From Perkinsela sp. CCAP 1560/9 (lineage: Eukaryota > Protista > Euglenozoa: Kinetoplastea): DNA of 64,000 nt. How positions within the stretch are numbered: position 1 is the stretch's first letter; each line of letters starts with the position of its first letter. The position numbers and the translations under genes are program-made. Below are positions 54,020-64,000 of the stretch, in pieces. The notes under the pieces were generated by a model that was not told the DNA's origin, did no database searches, and saw only the letters and a list, made by a program, of their open reading frames with translations. The DNA is taken from positions 1,054,001 to 1,118,000 of the forward strand of contig CBFFSA010000001.1 in NCBI GenBank assembly GCA_965644495.1, written 5' to 3'.

Positions 54020-54081
54020 ATTTTATCCTATATTTAATTCATCTTTGAACTACTTTTTGCTTCACTGCTACTCACATTCGA

Positions 54082-55530
54082 ATGATTCCCACCCCTGACA
54101 GCACGCCAAACTCTCTAGAAGCTGTTTCATGGCTTCAGCAACATACAGGTCTGACGGAATCCTGCGCCCGCACATGCCTTGAAAACTCATCCTGGTCACG
54201 TACGTACAGCCTTTGTCGTTTTGTCCAAAATCTTCACCGACTTCCCACAGCATGTCATGACCCCACACAACGCCAACACCCCGAGTCACACACCAACCAA
54301 CTCCTTACCGAAGCCTACTGCCGTGTGCACGAACTTCACTGCCGCTCCCAGGAACCGGAACGTGCATGTTGGTCCGCTCTGCTCTCCCATGACTGGGATG
54401 TAGACGCCGCACTTTCTTCGCTGTGTCCCCCGAGCGCCTCAAAAGATTTGCCATTTTCTACGATTTATTCCTCCGGCCCACTTCTCCATTCCCCTCAGTT
54501 TGTTCACACCGAGGTGTTGGGCAACGCCCCGTTGTTTACGCTCCACAGCGGGGAGTGGCTACAGCGTAATCTGCCGGAGCTCACGGCACGTACGCAATCC
54601 TGGGTCTCCCGGGTCGGTCCATTGTATGCCTCCCCGCTGTCGTTGGTTCCGATCCCGACATCGGAGCTGGATAAGGATGTGCCTCGGATTATTTGGAATG
54701 ACTGTGTGCGTACGTTTTATGGTGAGGCTCACCGGAAACGACTGAGTACGTTTTTGCATAGTCTGTGGTTGGAAATGGGAAGCTACGGGCAGGCGATGTC
54801 GTATTTTGCGGGGATTTTGTTACTGACGCTGGAGGAGCAGGAGGCGGCGAGTTTGGTGAGACGCGTGCATAAGGAGTATATTCCGGGACATTGGGCGGCG
54901 GAGGCAGTCGGTTTTGCTACCAGTGCCTACACTTGGGAATTTCTTCTGCAAGAGGTGGATCCTGAGCTCTATTCTCATTTTAAGGAGGTAGGGTTTATGC
55001 CAGAGACCTATCTTCAAAAGCTTTTTAGCGGACTGACAGTCCACGTTCTTGATTTTGATCTCATGTACGATTTCTTGGAACACTTTGTTCTGGAAGGGTT
55101 CTCATTTCTCTTGCGCTTTGCTACGGCATTGGCAACCCATCTGCGGCCACAACTGCTGAAATGTGGCACAGCACAAATTGCTGATCTGTATCGCTTCATG
55201 CGCATGGATCCCAGTGTGGTGTCACGTGCCGATGCCACTTGCATTTTGAAGAAAACGAAAGAAATGGATCTTAGAGGTCCGCTGGAGCAGGTGGATAACT
55301 GGCGCATGCGAGCGTATAACGAATTCGTTGAACCTCGTATCATGCGGGCTCCAAAGGAGGAGACGTTTGAGCCGTGTGTGATTTGCGAAGTAGAGCGTCC
55401 CATTTGGTTATGTGAGGAGTGTGGAACAGTGTGCAATAGCTGTCACGATGCTTGTATGCAAAAGGGTAAAATTTCTTCAAAGGACCAACAGATCAGTCAT
55501 TGCTCCACGCACGTTGTATCAGACTGGTAA
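54082..55530 (+). CDS. TBC (Rab-GAP) protein with UBA-like N-terminus and C-terminal B-box-like zinc finger
   Basis: IWNDCVRT (R finger), YGQAM (Q finger), DPELYSHF; CVIC..CEEC..CNSC..H..H. Confidence 0.85.
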   Translation: MIPTPDSTPNSLEAVSWLQQHTGLTESCARTCLENSSWSRTYSLCRFVQNLHRLPTACHDPTQRQHPESHTNQLLTEAYCRVHELHCRSQEPERACWSALLSHDWDVDAALSSLCPPSASKDLPFSTIYSSGPLLHSPQFVHTEVLGNAPLFTLHSGEWLQRNLPELTARTQSWVSRVGPLYASPLSLVPIPTSELDKDVPRIIWNDCVRTFYGEAHRKRLSTFLHSLWLEMGSYGQAMSYFAGILLLTLEEQEAASLVRRVHKEYIPGHWAAEAVGFATSAYTWEFLLQEVDPELYSHFKEVGFMPETYLQKLFSGLTVHVLDFDLMYDFLEHFVLEGFSFLLRFATALATHLRPQLLKCGTAQIADLYRFMRMDPSVVSRADATCILKKTKEMDLRGPLEQVDNWRMRAYNEFVEPRIMRAPKEETFEPCVICEVERPIWLCEECGTVCNSCHDACMQKGKISSKDQQISHCSTHVVSDW

Positions 55531-55989
55531 GAACGGGAGATATAGCGCGGTTGTCCATGTGCTTTTTTGCATCTAGGCTTCTTTTTTTGACCAGATTTTT
55601 TAAGTATGCCTTTTTTCTCGTGCGAACAGTACTCTACCGCCCCCTATCCTTCCCCAAAGTCCAAAAATCGAGAAAATGGAAAACGATCACACATGTATTT
55701 TTTGACATCAAAATTGGTGCAGAAAACCACATTGGGTAACCGGCACCATAAAGGTAGGTTAAAAATCTATTTTTTTGAGATTTTTTTTTCTGCTCAAAAA
55801 ACCTTTTTCGTGACTTTCTAAAACGTTTCAACTTATATTTCAACGCTTGGAATACTCAATGGACCTCCGAAGATGTACTACTTTGGTCTGCTTGGTATAG
55901 GTGAAGTCTATTATATCATAGTGCTGACCTGTAAAAAATATAAGGTGCGCTATCAGCACGCAGAGGTGCGTTCCCAGGCACTCCCATCC

Positions 55990-56185
55990 AGTTTCAACCC
56001 TCTTGGAAGCCACGACTGCTGCCGCGTTTAACGAAGAGACTAAAAAAGAAAATTCACGAAAAGATCCAGAATAATCCAACTTTTGGTACAAATACCTGAC
56101 TACCCCCTATTTCGGACGTTTAGTGCTTCGAGAGCAAAAATATGCAAAAACGTCCTCATTTTTACCTAAAAATCTGCTATTTTTC
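55990..56185. repeat. Diverged, rearranged relative of the 7457-8269 element
   Basis: gccgcgtttaacgaagagactaaaaaagaaaatt at ~56021-56054; 56100-56185 is a reverse-complement homolog of ~7607-7682. Confidence 0.6.
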
Positions 56186-57377
56186 AAATTCTTTCGTTTT
56201 CCTAGGCTTTCCAGGAGCCTTTCCTTTCCAGGAGCCTCCTTTGGAAACCGTTCTCGTCTTTCTAGTAAACGAGTGGCTTCTGGTAGTAAACGAGTGGCTT
56301 CTTCGGCATAAAACGTAGAAAAATCGGACCTATGCCTTAAAACTGCTCCTTGCTAATTTATGGCACCCCATATCATAAGCTTTCTAGGATGCTGAGTCCG
56401 TGACATGGGAATACGGTCGTGCTCGCTTTGCCACGCACGCCTTGACCAATCTCCCGCTTCCATCCACGATTCGTCGGAAAAAACAAGACACTAAAAAAAC
56501 GAACCACTACTCTCTACATTTTCTTGCAACATTGCGGTACAAAATTCTACTCGTGCTTCCTGCTTTGTAGATTAAAGTGAGAGGGTTAGATCTTTGGCAA
56601 CAAAATTGTACCCACAACAGTACAGGAGTGCCTTCAATCGATAACGTGGTATATCGAGTTGCCCTTCGCTCACTTCAAAAAATGCACACTTCGGAACGTT
56701 GAGTGTCTTGTTCCTGCAAGCAGCCATTACTGAAGGAACCAGGTCTTTAGTTTCCTGGAATTTGTCCCAAAAGATCGCGAACTTCGGATGCTTTTCGTAC
56801 TCGAAGTTGTAACATAATTTGTGATGGCTTATTGGAAGGAGGAATGCTTATTGGACGGAGGAAATTTCCAGATGTAAACAATGCACGAAAAAAACTATTC
56901 GAGATATTATGATCTCTATATTCTATATTGCAAGGGTTTGAAAATCTACAAAATCTATTATTATACTATACCTACTATACTTACTAAACCTCGAGTGGAA
57001 GAATGCATACACTGTATACTACAGTAATAATATAGTGCATACTATACTGACTAGTACGCTGCAACAGTCGATCAAAAGTCTTAGCGGTTTGTTGTTTCTT
57101 AAATGAGGCTCAAAAATGACTCTCTTTCCTTCGTTGGCAAAGAAAGTTGCCAACAATAGACGAGCCACATACACCCTTTATGTATTCAACACCTGCAAAA
57201 ATATAAGAATCGGATCTTTTCTGGGTACTCAGTGTACTAAAAAATTACTTTACGACATTGCAGTACTCTAGGACTGCGTCTAAATATTTTCAGTATGGCT
57301 TAATTTTCTGTGAGCTCATAAAACCTCTAAGCACATGTTCAGAAGCGGTTGCGCACTCATCAGAAATTCGCGTTAGA

Positions 57378-59303
57378 ATGTTGTGCCGGTTCTTTGGGAA
57401 GTCGTTTTATCACTACGAATTACATTCCACTTTTTGCATTACGAGGAGAATGAATCACGGGAGCATAGCTCATACGAGTAAGGTCCAATCAGATGGCTTA
57501 TCAACAACTAAAGTGGATGAGACACTACAGCCACTGGCAGCTCTTATTGATCCGTCTCTTCAAAGTTCCCTTGATACCATCATTGATATGACAAAAATAA
57601 AAGATGTTTGGGAAAGTCATACGAGTGACCGCGCTCATAGCTTCCGCCAGGATCTCGCACAATCCCACCGCAGCCCGCGAGCCTTTCAACAGCTACTTTC
57701 TTCAAGAGGAAAAACGGAGATTGGCATGTTTACTGCTACGGGACTATCAGTCGTGCTAGAATGGGCGAGAAAGCTAAAACTGGGCACCAGTAGATGGGAT
57801 ACCTTCGCGTCTTGGTATCGAGAAAACTCAGAATGGCCCAAGGAGGATAACAGTCCACTAGCAATCGAAGTTGCAATGGCCGCGGGGGCTCACTCGATTG
57901 AGATGTGGAGAGAGTTTGTCACAATTTATGAGAAAGGACCAGGTCTCACGGTTCCGCTCGATTTTCTTGTTTTGGCTAGTCTCGAGCAGTGTGTCCCTCT
58001 TATTCGGGCGCATACGCATTTAGCTAGCGTGACTGGAACGGGGCACGTTGCAACTGCTCAACAAGAAATACGAAATACGGAACAGGTTTTCGATTCATTT
58101 GTTTCCTCTGCACTTTGTGAATTTAACGGAGATCGAGATTCCTTTTATGATAGTAACAGAATCATTCCCATCATTAAACGCGCAGGCCTGTACTACCGTT
58201 GTCGATTCTTCGGTTTGCGCCATATTTGGAGACACGTATTTATTGATTTTCCTGGCGCTCTTTCTGATGCTGGCTATGTGATTTTCTTGAACTCTTGTGG
58301 GACACAAAATCGACAAGAAATGTTCGTTTCTACTGACACTATGATTCTACAAGCTCTAGAATACTGGAGCCATTATGCTTCAAAGCATGCTAAACCATAC
58401 AACGTAGAAGTTGTTTTTGCTCTTGTTCTTGCTTTGAGTAACCTAAATCATAAAAGCAGTCTACAAATGGGAGCCGAACTCCTTACGCTTCCCTTATCAG
58501 CGAACTATAAACGCGATATTCTGAAAAGTTCGCTCCATGCCGCAGCACAACAACGCAATTCGGATGCGTTTCGAGAGCTCGAGGAGCATTGCCGATCGAA
58601 TCTGTCTTTTTTAGGGGACATGAGCTATCACACCGCCCGATACCGAGCTATATTATTATCACATCACCCGGATGACGAACTTATGCCTTTTTTCTACAGC
58701 ACAGAGTTGAATATAAAGGATCGATTCCTTACAGACATTGTGTTCCGGTGGTTGGAGCAGCGCAGCACTATTTCTGGTTACGTCTTGGAAAGTCTCCACT
58801 GGGCGGAAGACATACTAAAGAAAATTCAGACGGCTGGATACAATCTCACAAGTACTCAGTTAGAAAGCCTTCTAACATTATATGCTCAGTCTTGTGATCC
58901 AAAAGGTGTGCGTCTTTTCTTGAGCGTTCCGAGAGAAGTGGTGACTCAAAAAGCTGTTGTTGAGGTTCTACGTTTGCTAGTGCTTTTAGGTTATCGATCA
59001 AACAGTGGAGGTGATGCTACAAAGGTGTGGAATCAACTGACTCCACTAACTCGAAAAGCTTTACAAAGAGACGACGTCTCACGAGCAGTGTTCATTCGTT
59101 TTTACGCCGGTTTCAGGGAAAACGATGAAGTCACTCAAAAATGGTTCACACCAAAGACCCTCTTTGTTAGCAGTGAATTTGAACATGATGCCGAATTCTC
59201 CATTGCTGAGAATGACTATTCCTCTTTGCATTCTGGAGTTTCTTGCACTCTAAGTCACTTTCTTTCCCCTGGAGGTTGGGAGTGTAACATGCACCATCTC
59301 TGA
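57378..59303 (+). CDS. Hypothetical protein, possibly mitochondrial helical-repeat protein
   Basis: Long ORF on the host strand; MLCRFF start resembles a kinetoplastid mitochondrial presequence; no recognised motif. Confidence 0.65.
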   Translation: MLCRFFGKSFYHYELHSTFCITRRMNHGSIAHTSKVQSDGLSTTKVDETLQPLAALIDPSLQSSLDTIIDMTKIKDVWESHTSDRAHSFRQDLAQSHRSPRAFQQLLSSRGKTEIGMFTATGLSVVLEWARKLKLGTSRWDTFASWYRENSEWPKEDNSPLAIEVAMAAGAHSIEMWREFVTIYEKGPGLTVPLDFLVLASLEQCVPLIRAHTHLASVTGTGHVATAQQEIRNTEQVFDSFVSSALCEFNGDRDSFYDSNRIIPIIKRAGLYYRCRFFGLRHIWRHVFIDFPGALSDAGYVIFLNSCGTQNRQEMFVSTDTMILQALEYWSHYASKHAKPYNVEVVFALVLALSNLNHKSSLQMGAELLTLPLSANYKRDILKSSLHAAAQQRNSDAFRELEEHCRSNLSFLGDMSYHTARYRAILLSHHPDDELMPFFYSTELNIKDRFLTDIVFRWLEQRSTISGYVLESLHWAEDILKKIQTAGYNLTSTQLESLLTLYAQSCDPKGVRLFLSVPREVVTQKAVVEVLRLLVLLGYRSNSGGDATKVWNQLTPLTRKALQRDDVSRAVFIRFYAGFRENDEVTQKWFTPKTLFVSSEFEHDAEFSIAENDYSSLHSGVSCTLSHFLSPGGWECNMHHL

Positions 59304-59392
59304 CAAAACACGTTTCCTTTTCATGACGTTCAATACTGTACGCTCGCCTCCTTCCTATTGGTCGTGCATATTAAGAGCCATTTTATATATTA

Positions 59393-59674
59393 CTATCCCC
59401 CCTATTTAATAGGGCTACGTGTGACCCCCCCTTAATAGGGCCATTTTGTCTGGAAGACCAAAAAAGACTTCAGGGTAGGTGGCAAAAAATTTTCGAATGC
59501 GCTGCGAAGCGGCGGATTTTTTTGTATCAAAAGGAAGTAGGTCCTTGTTTCACAACGACAAAAAAGGCGCCGCGAAGCGGCGCCGATTTTTTTCTTTCAC
59601 ATTATTTACCGTGTCCCCCCCTTTAATAGGGTCTTTTCCCCAAAATCGGAGTCCTATTAAATAGGGGGGGATAG
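59393..59674. mobile_element. 282-bp MITE related to the pogo element at 2686-5001
   Basis: TA-ctatcccccctatttaatagg ... cctattaaatagggggggatag-TA; shares gcgccgcgaagcggcgccgattttt and the gtgaccccccc subterminal layout. Confidence 0.85.
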
Positions 59675-59955
59675 TAAGTTTTAGAATTTGCCATATTGGC
59701 GACAAAGAGAAATGATATACATGACGTGTCACTAGTATTTATGACGTGTACCACGTAGAGGGCAGAATGTGAAATAAAAGAACTTAATTTTATGAAAGTA
59801 TTGGTTGTATTTCGACTCTTGTGCTACTGTTTATCTTTTTGCTTTCTCGGAGTAGGTACGAATTATTTCAGAACGATGCTTTATAATGCGCAACGTACAC
59901 TAATACGTTTTCTGTGGTAGAGTGTCGAAAATTTTCGTCTGGAGGGCACTAAAAA

Positions 59956-61107
59956 ATGTCTTTTTCTTTTGATTTTCGCAGCAATGAAGATTCACGTGAA
60001 CACGAAGACTTTTCCTTCTCGTATGCGGAAACGGAGTACACCACACAAAGTAAAGCAGACACAGTATCACATCGATATTCTTTCTCGATGACGTATCCAC
60101 GTTCTGTTTGTTCGAAATCCATTGTTTTACAGTCTTTTGTGATTCCCCATATTTCGGAATTGGGAGAACTAATCCCAATAGAGGGAGTCGTTATTCGGGA
60201 TGCTAGGCAAGAAAGTTCAAATTCCTTAACCTATGAAGGCACTTCACAATTTTTTATTCCTCGTCCACTTAATATGGGTTTATGTAAATCTGAACTAAAC
60301 GATCGCTTGGCAGGCATTTATGAGGGAGGTCATAAAATATGGAGTTGCAGCATTGATCTTGCAAGCTATTTGTTGTCTCAAAATCTGTGTTTGGCGCATA
60401 ATTTAGCATTTAACATACTTGAACTAGGTTGTGGGAATGCGCTTCCCACGCTTGCGTTACTTCGCACGCTTTCTTGTCGCTACGAATCCTTGCTAGAATT
60501 GTCTCGGATCACAGTTTCTCTACAAGACTATAATCAGGATGTATTAGAAAAAACTACGTTAAACAATCTGATAAATCATGTATGGGGATCTGTTTCGAAT
60601 GTCACTGACGTAATACAAAACAAGGATAAGAAGAAATATGAGGTAACTTTTCACCTACTTCGTACTTCATGGGAGCGACTAATCTTAGAAATACGGAATA
60701 TTTCTCGATTGTCTTCACGAGACTTGAAAGCTCTTTTGGGGAACACTGCTCGCGATGAGGTGCCATCGAAAGTGTACAATTCAAACGTTTGTTCCAAATC
60801 CATTGAAATGGATGTTCCGCCAGCTTATGATTTGATCCTCGGCGCAGATGTATGTTTTACGGACCAAGCGACCGCAGAGATTGCTCAGTGTATCGTTCAA
60901 AATCTGAGACGAGTTCCCCATGCTAAGGCACTTATTGCTTCGAAAAAATACTATTTTGGAACCGGTGGTGGGAGCTCCCATTTGTCACAGGCCATTCATG
61001 ACCTTACATCACTGGACGAAAATAAATGGTGTTTGAATTGTGACATAATATGGCTTTCACATGATAGAAGTCGTGTGATACAATGTATTCAGCGACGAAA
61101 GCTGTGA
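59956..61107 (+). CDS. Histidine protein methyltransferase, METTL18/Hpm1-like
   Basis: GIYEGGHKIW, ILELGCG, LQDYN, DLILGAD, ASKKYYFGTGGG. Confidence 0.85.
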   Translation: MSFSFDFRSNEDSREHEDFSFSYAETEYTTQSKADTVSHRYSFSMTYPRSVCSKSIVLQSFVIPHISELGELIPIEGVVIRDARQESSNSLTYEGTSQFFIPRPLNMGLCKSELNDRLAGIYEGGHKIWSCSIDLASYLLSQNLCLAHNLAFNILELGCGNALPTLALLRTLSCRYESLLELSRITVSLQDYNQDVLEKTTLNNLINHVWGSVSNVTDVIQNKDKKKYEVTFHLLRTSWERLILEIRNISRLSSRDLKALLGNTARDEVPSKVYNSNVCSKSIEMDVPPAYDLILGADVCFTDQATAEIAQCIVQNLRRVPHAKALIASKKYYFGTGGGSSHLSQAIHDLTSLDENKWCLNCDIIWLSHDRSRVIQCIQRRKL

Positions 61108-61370
61108 TCGTCAGTGCATTCTTTTTTCAAGGTTTTATTGGGTCAATTTTTATGGGTGTTAGAGGGCTTCCGGTTTTCTTCTTCTCTATATGAAAATAAG
61201 AGATATTTTAGGCATATCACTAAGACTTCATCTCGAAAGAGAATGTTTATTCCTTGCGTGCTTCAGAGTACGTTAATTGAACGTTCAATCCTCTAATTTT
61301 AACTGAAAAAAGACTCAAAAGTCTAATTTAGTATTATCATATTTAAATATTACACAATAATTATTGCTTT

Positions 61371-61997
61371 ATGCAGCGCAAATACTTGTGCATCTGCGCT
61401 GAATCCATTCCCTCCTCAATTCGAGGTAAGATTCGAGGAGTTCGACTTCCTCAAGAGTATGTGCTAGAGCGTGTTGTGTCACACATCCATGGCAAACCTT
61501 CAAACTGGGTGACTCACACGTCTGCGTGTTCATGGACCGGGGTACGTTGCAACCCCTCCCATGAAGTAAGTGAGCTCAACTGGAGTGGGAAACAACTTCG
61601 TGGCTCCATTGCCTTGTATCTTCTCCCCGACACACTCCGGATAATACATGCTACGAATAACCAACTGAACGGTGACGTCGCGTTGTCGGACCTTCCTTCT
61701 TCATTACAGCAATTGTGGCTTTCACATAACTATTTTGATGGTGAGGTAGATCTTCGACATCTCCCCAGCTTACTGGAGCATCTTTTTTTGGACCATAATT
61801 GTTTTACTGAAGAGCTTTCATTTTCGGATCTTCCGAAAAGGCTTTCTCGTCTTCATTTGCACCATAATAAATTTTCGGGCATCGCTGACTTGACAGGGCG
61901 ATTTCCTCCTACACTTTGGGACTTAAACCTTTCAGGAAACAATTTCAATTCAATAGAGATAGGAATCTGGGCCCCTGTAGTAAAATTAAATTCGTAA
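61371..61997 (+). CDS. Leucine-rich repeat protein (family member 5)
   Basis: CSWTGVRC N-cap; LRR repeats. Confidence 0.88.
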   Translation: MQRKYLCICAESIPSSIRGKIRGVRLPQEYVLERVVSHIHGKPSNWVTHTSACSWTGVRCNPSHEVSELNWSGKQLRGSIALYLLPDTLRIIHATNNQLNGDVALSDLPSSLQQLWLSHNYFDGEVDLRHLPSLLEHLFLDHNCFTEELSFSDLPKRLSRLHLHHNKFSGIADLTGRFPPTLWDLNLSGNNFNSIEIGIWAPVVKLNS

Positions 61998-62526
61998 ATG
62001 ACGAATATTAAGTAAACAAAGATTGTAATACTCAATAAAATGCTATTGACAATAGCATTTTGAAAGAAAAAAAGTAGGCGAAAAGGGAATATTTTCGTAC
62101 CAACTCTTCCGACTGAATTAAAACGGTTTTTATAGTATTTGAATAAATTCTAATAATTTATTAGAATCTTTCATTACGAAGGAACCGTTATGCAAAGAAA
62201 GTTGGCAACACCTTTCAAATCACATTTCGTGCAACAATATGAGCTTCGACTGCAAAGGGTATGATACATTTGAGTGAACTAAATCCCACCATCGACGTAC
62301 GAGATGAGCATTCCTTCCTAGAATGTGTAAAAACTCTTCAGCGCTGTGCGAAGGTGAAAGGTGATTGCAATCCCGCAATACAAGCATTTGTAATATTTCT
62401 GGACAGTACTAATGAGGAACGATAAAATGTTTTTGTAGGTTTAAGAACTTTTTTCTACTCGTCGGGGAGAAATTTCATTGAAAAAAATATTTGGTACAAA
62501 ATATGCCCCTTTGACCAAAAAGTATC

Positions 62527-62598
62527 TTATTCTATTACAAGAAGGTGTATTTATTCTATTACAAGAAGGTGTATTTATTCTATTACAAGAAGGTGTAT
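62527..62598. repeat. Perfect 24-bp tandem repeat x3
   Basis: ttattctattacaagaaggtgtat at 62527, 62551 and 62575. Confidence 0.9.
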
Positions 62599-62787
62599 TT
62601 TCATAAAGTCGAATGATAGAACTTATCAATTTATAATTAAGGGGCTGCAGAAATCAGTGGCTCACTTTCCGTACTATCGACAAAACACTACTATATCATC
62701 ATGTTTGCAATATCCTTTTTTAATGTACGTTTTTTAGGTTTGAATTATCCTTTAATCTTAAGTTTTCACTCTCCTTGTTGAATTTTT

Positions 62788-63552
62788 ATGGAGGAATCCT
62801 CACCTCCCGTGCATGCCAGTCGCGCTGGTAAGTCCCGACGCTCTCTGATGCATTCTCCGGGGGAGCAGATGTGGACTTTTGTGCGACTTCTGGTCGGCAC
62901 TCCCATTTCATGGCACCCTGAGAGGGACATACGGACTTGGAAAGGTGTAAGATGTACCCCGCATGGAGTTGTGGAGGCGCTACATTGGTCTTCTACGAGT
63001 CTATATGGAAAAGAGACAAACTCTCTCCATGGTACCGTCGTGTGGGGCGCCCTACCTCGCTCCGTGCGATACATTAACCTGTGTTCACATTCGCTAAATG
63101 GCATAGTGTCTCCTTGGCAGCTTCCATCTCAGCTGGAATATCTTATGATAGATGGAAACCACTTTTTTGGAACTCTCGATTTCACACAATTACCGACTAA
63201 TTTGCGACATCTCTCCCTCTCAAAAAATAACATACAAGGCTTCATGGACTTGACTTCTCTCCCCGCACCCCTTAGATATTTGGATGCTCATGAAAACAAA
63301 TTCAATGGACCTTTGGAATTGCGCTTTCTTCCTCCTAATTTGGAATACTTGGATGTCAGGCATAACCTGCTTTCGGGATCTCTGAACGTCACTCTGCTTC
63401 CGCCATCACTGGTACATGCGACCTTTTCTGGTAATCAATTTGATCAAGATATCGATTTTGTTCCATCTTTGCATCACCGCTATCTGATCATAATTGCTTT
63501 GATTGTTTGTGTTTTTGCGTTGTTCTCCTGTTTTATTGCCCTTATATACTAG
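62788..63552 (+). CDS. Leucine-rich repeat protein with C-terminal TM helix (member 6)
   Basis: WKGVRC N-cap, LRR repeats, terminal LIIIALIVCVFALFSCFIALIY. Confidence 0.88.
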   Translation: MEESSPPVHASRAGKSRRSLMHSPGEQMWTFVRLLVGTPISWHPERDIRTWKGVRCTPHGVVEALHWSSTSLYGKETNSLHGTVVWGALPRSVRYINLCSHSLNGIVSPWQLPSQLEYLMIDGNHFFGTLDFTQLPTNLRHLSLSKNNIQGFMDLTSLPAPLRYLDAHENKFNGPLELRFLPPNLEYLDVRHNLLSGSLNVTLLPPSLVHATFSGNQFDQDIDFVPSLHHRYLIIIALIVCVFALFSCFIALIY

Positions 63553-64000
63553 AATTCAGTACTACGACCAAAGTTTGAGTAAAATTTTGAGATGACACAA
63601 TAATTTTTACAATAATTCTTTTTTAAAATAATTTTTACCAGTCGAATAGTTGTAATCAGTCGAGTAGAAATATTACTGAATTTAAGATATCTCTAAAATT
63701 TAGAATGTAATGCTTGACATGAAAAGCTCAACAGCACAAGATGGGGAAGAAAAATCACTCCAACTATACTGTAAACATACAAATTCATTTTAGAAAGTAA
63801 TTCATAAAACAAAATCGTAGATTATGTTGAGCAAGCTGCATACTTTGATGAACAATGTCCTCGATATTCTGCAAGACTGTATTCTTTCTTTTAGATAAAT
63901 GATAGATCATTGTTGCTCAATCGAGAGGGTGGTGCGTTTTTTACTTTGGTGCTCACAAATCCTTCTCTTAAGTCACCTTTCCGGGGTCAACCCTGCGGAC

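Noticed and set aside
56570-56820. ~80-codon open stretch on the minus strand
   Set aside because: No suitable start or recognisable motif; probably decayed repeat interior.
52749-57026. tacagta/tactgta words as transposon excision footprints
   Set aside because: Too short to distinguish from chance without an allele comparison.
62037-62061. Perfect hairpin aaaatgctattg-a-caatagcatttt
   Set aside because: Single AT-rich palindrome; bacterial-type terminators are not expected here and there is no other support.
62527-62598. CRISPR-like array
   Set aside because: Head-to-tail 24-mers with no spacers or cas genes; a simple minisatellite.
1-64000. tRNA, rRNA or spliced-leader RNA genes
   Set aside because: None recognised by eye; small snoRNAs cannot be excluded without a covariance search.

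Overview
Eukaryotic protist DNA with kinetoplastid-style organisation. About 25 intron-less host genes all lie on the + strand, like one polycistronic unit: acyl-CoA synthetase, PEX1, DnaJ-SANT, Met-tRNA formyltransferase, alpha-tubulin, XRN, two mitochondrial carriers, FYVE-like, H+-PPase, cytochrome b5, pseudouridine synthase, ALG3, TBC and METTL18-like. Six members of a short LRR family are dispersed among them. The LRR family and an alpha-tubulin lacking K40 suggest a Perkinsela-like prokinetoplastid (inference only). The window is rich in mobile DNA: a CRE-clade non-LTR retrotransposon split at its RT active site by a pogo-type element carrying a Ulp1-like protease domain, two DD35E Tc1-type elements, an intact Merlin element with an 8-bp TSD, a hAT remnant, nested TA-flanked MITEs, and two inverted copies of a non-coding element with Helitron2/Helentron-like ends. 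The most unexplained signal is a set of sharp, ~1 kb, strand-symmetric C/A-rich to G/T-rich composition switches centred inside coding sequences (~21.85, 25.84, 41.48 and 54.55 kb), which flip synonymous codon usage mid-gene. All calls are from motif reading by eye; no searches were run.
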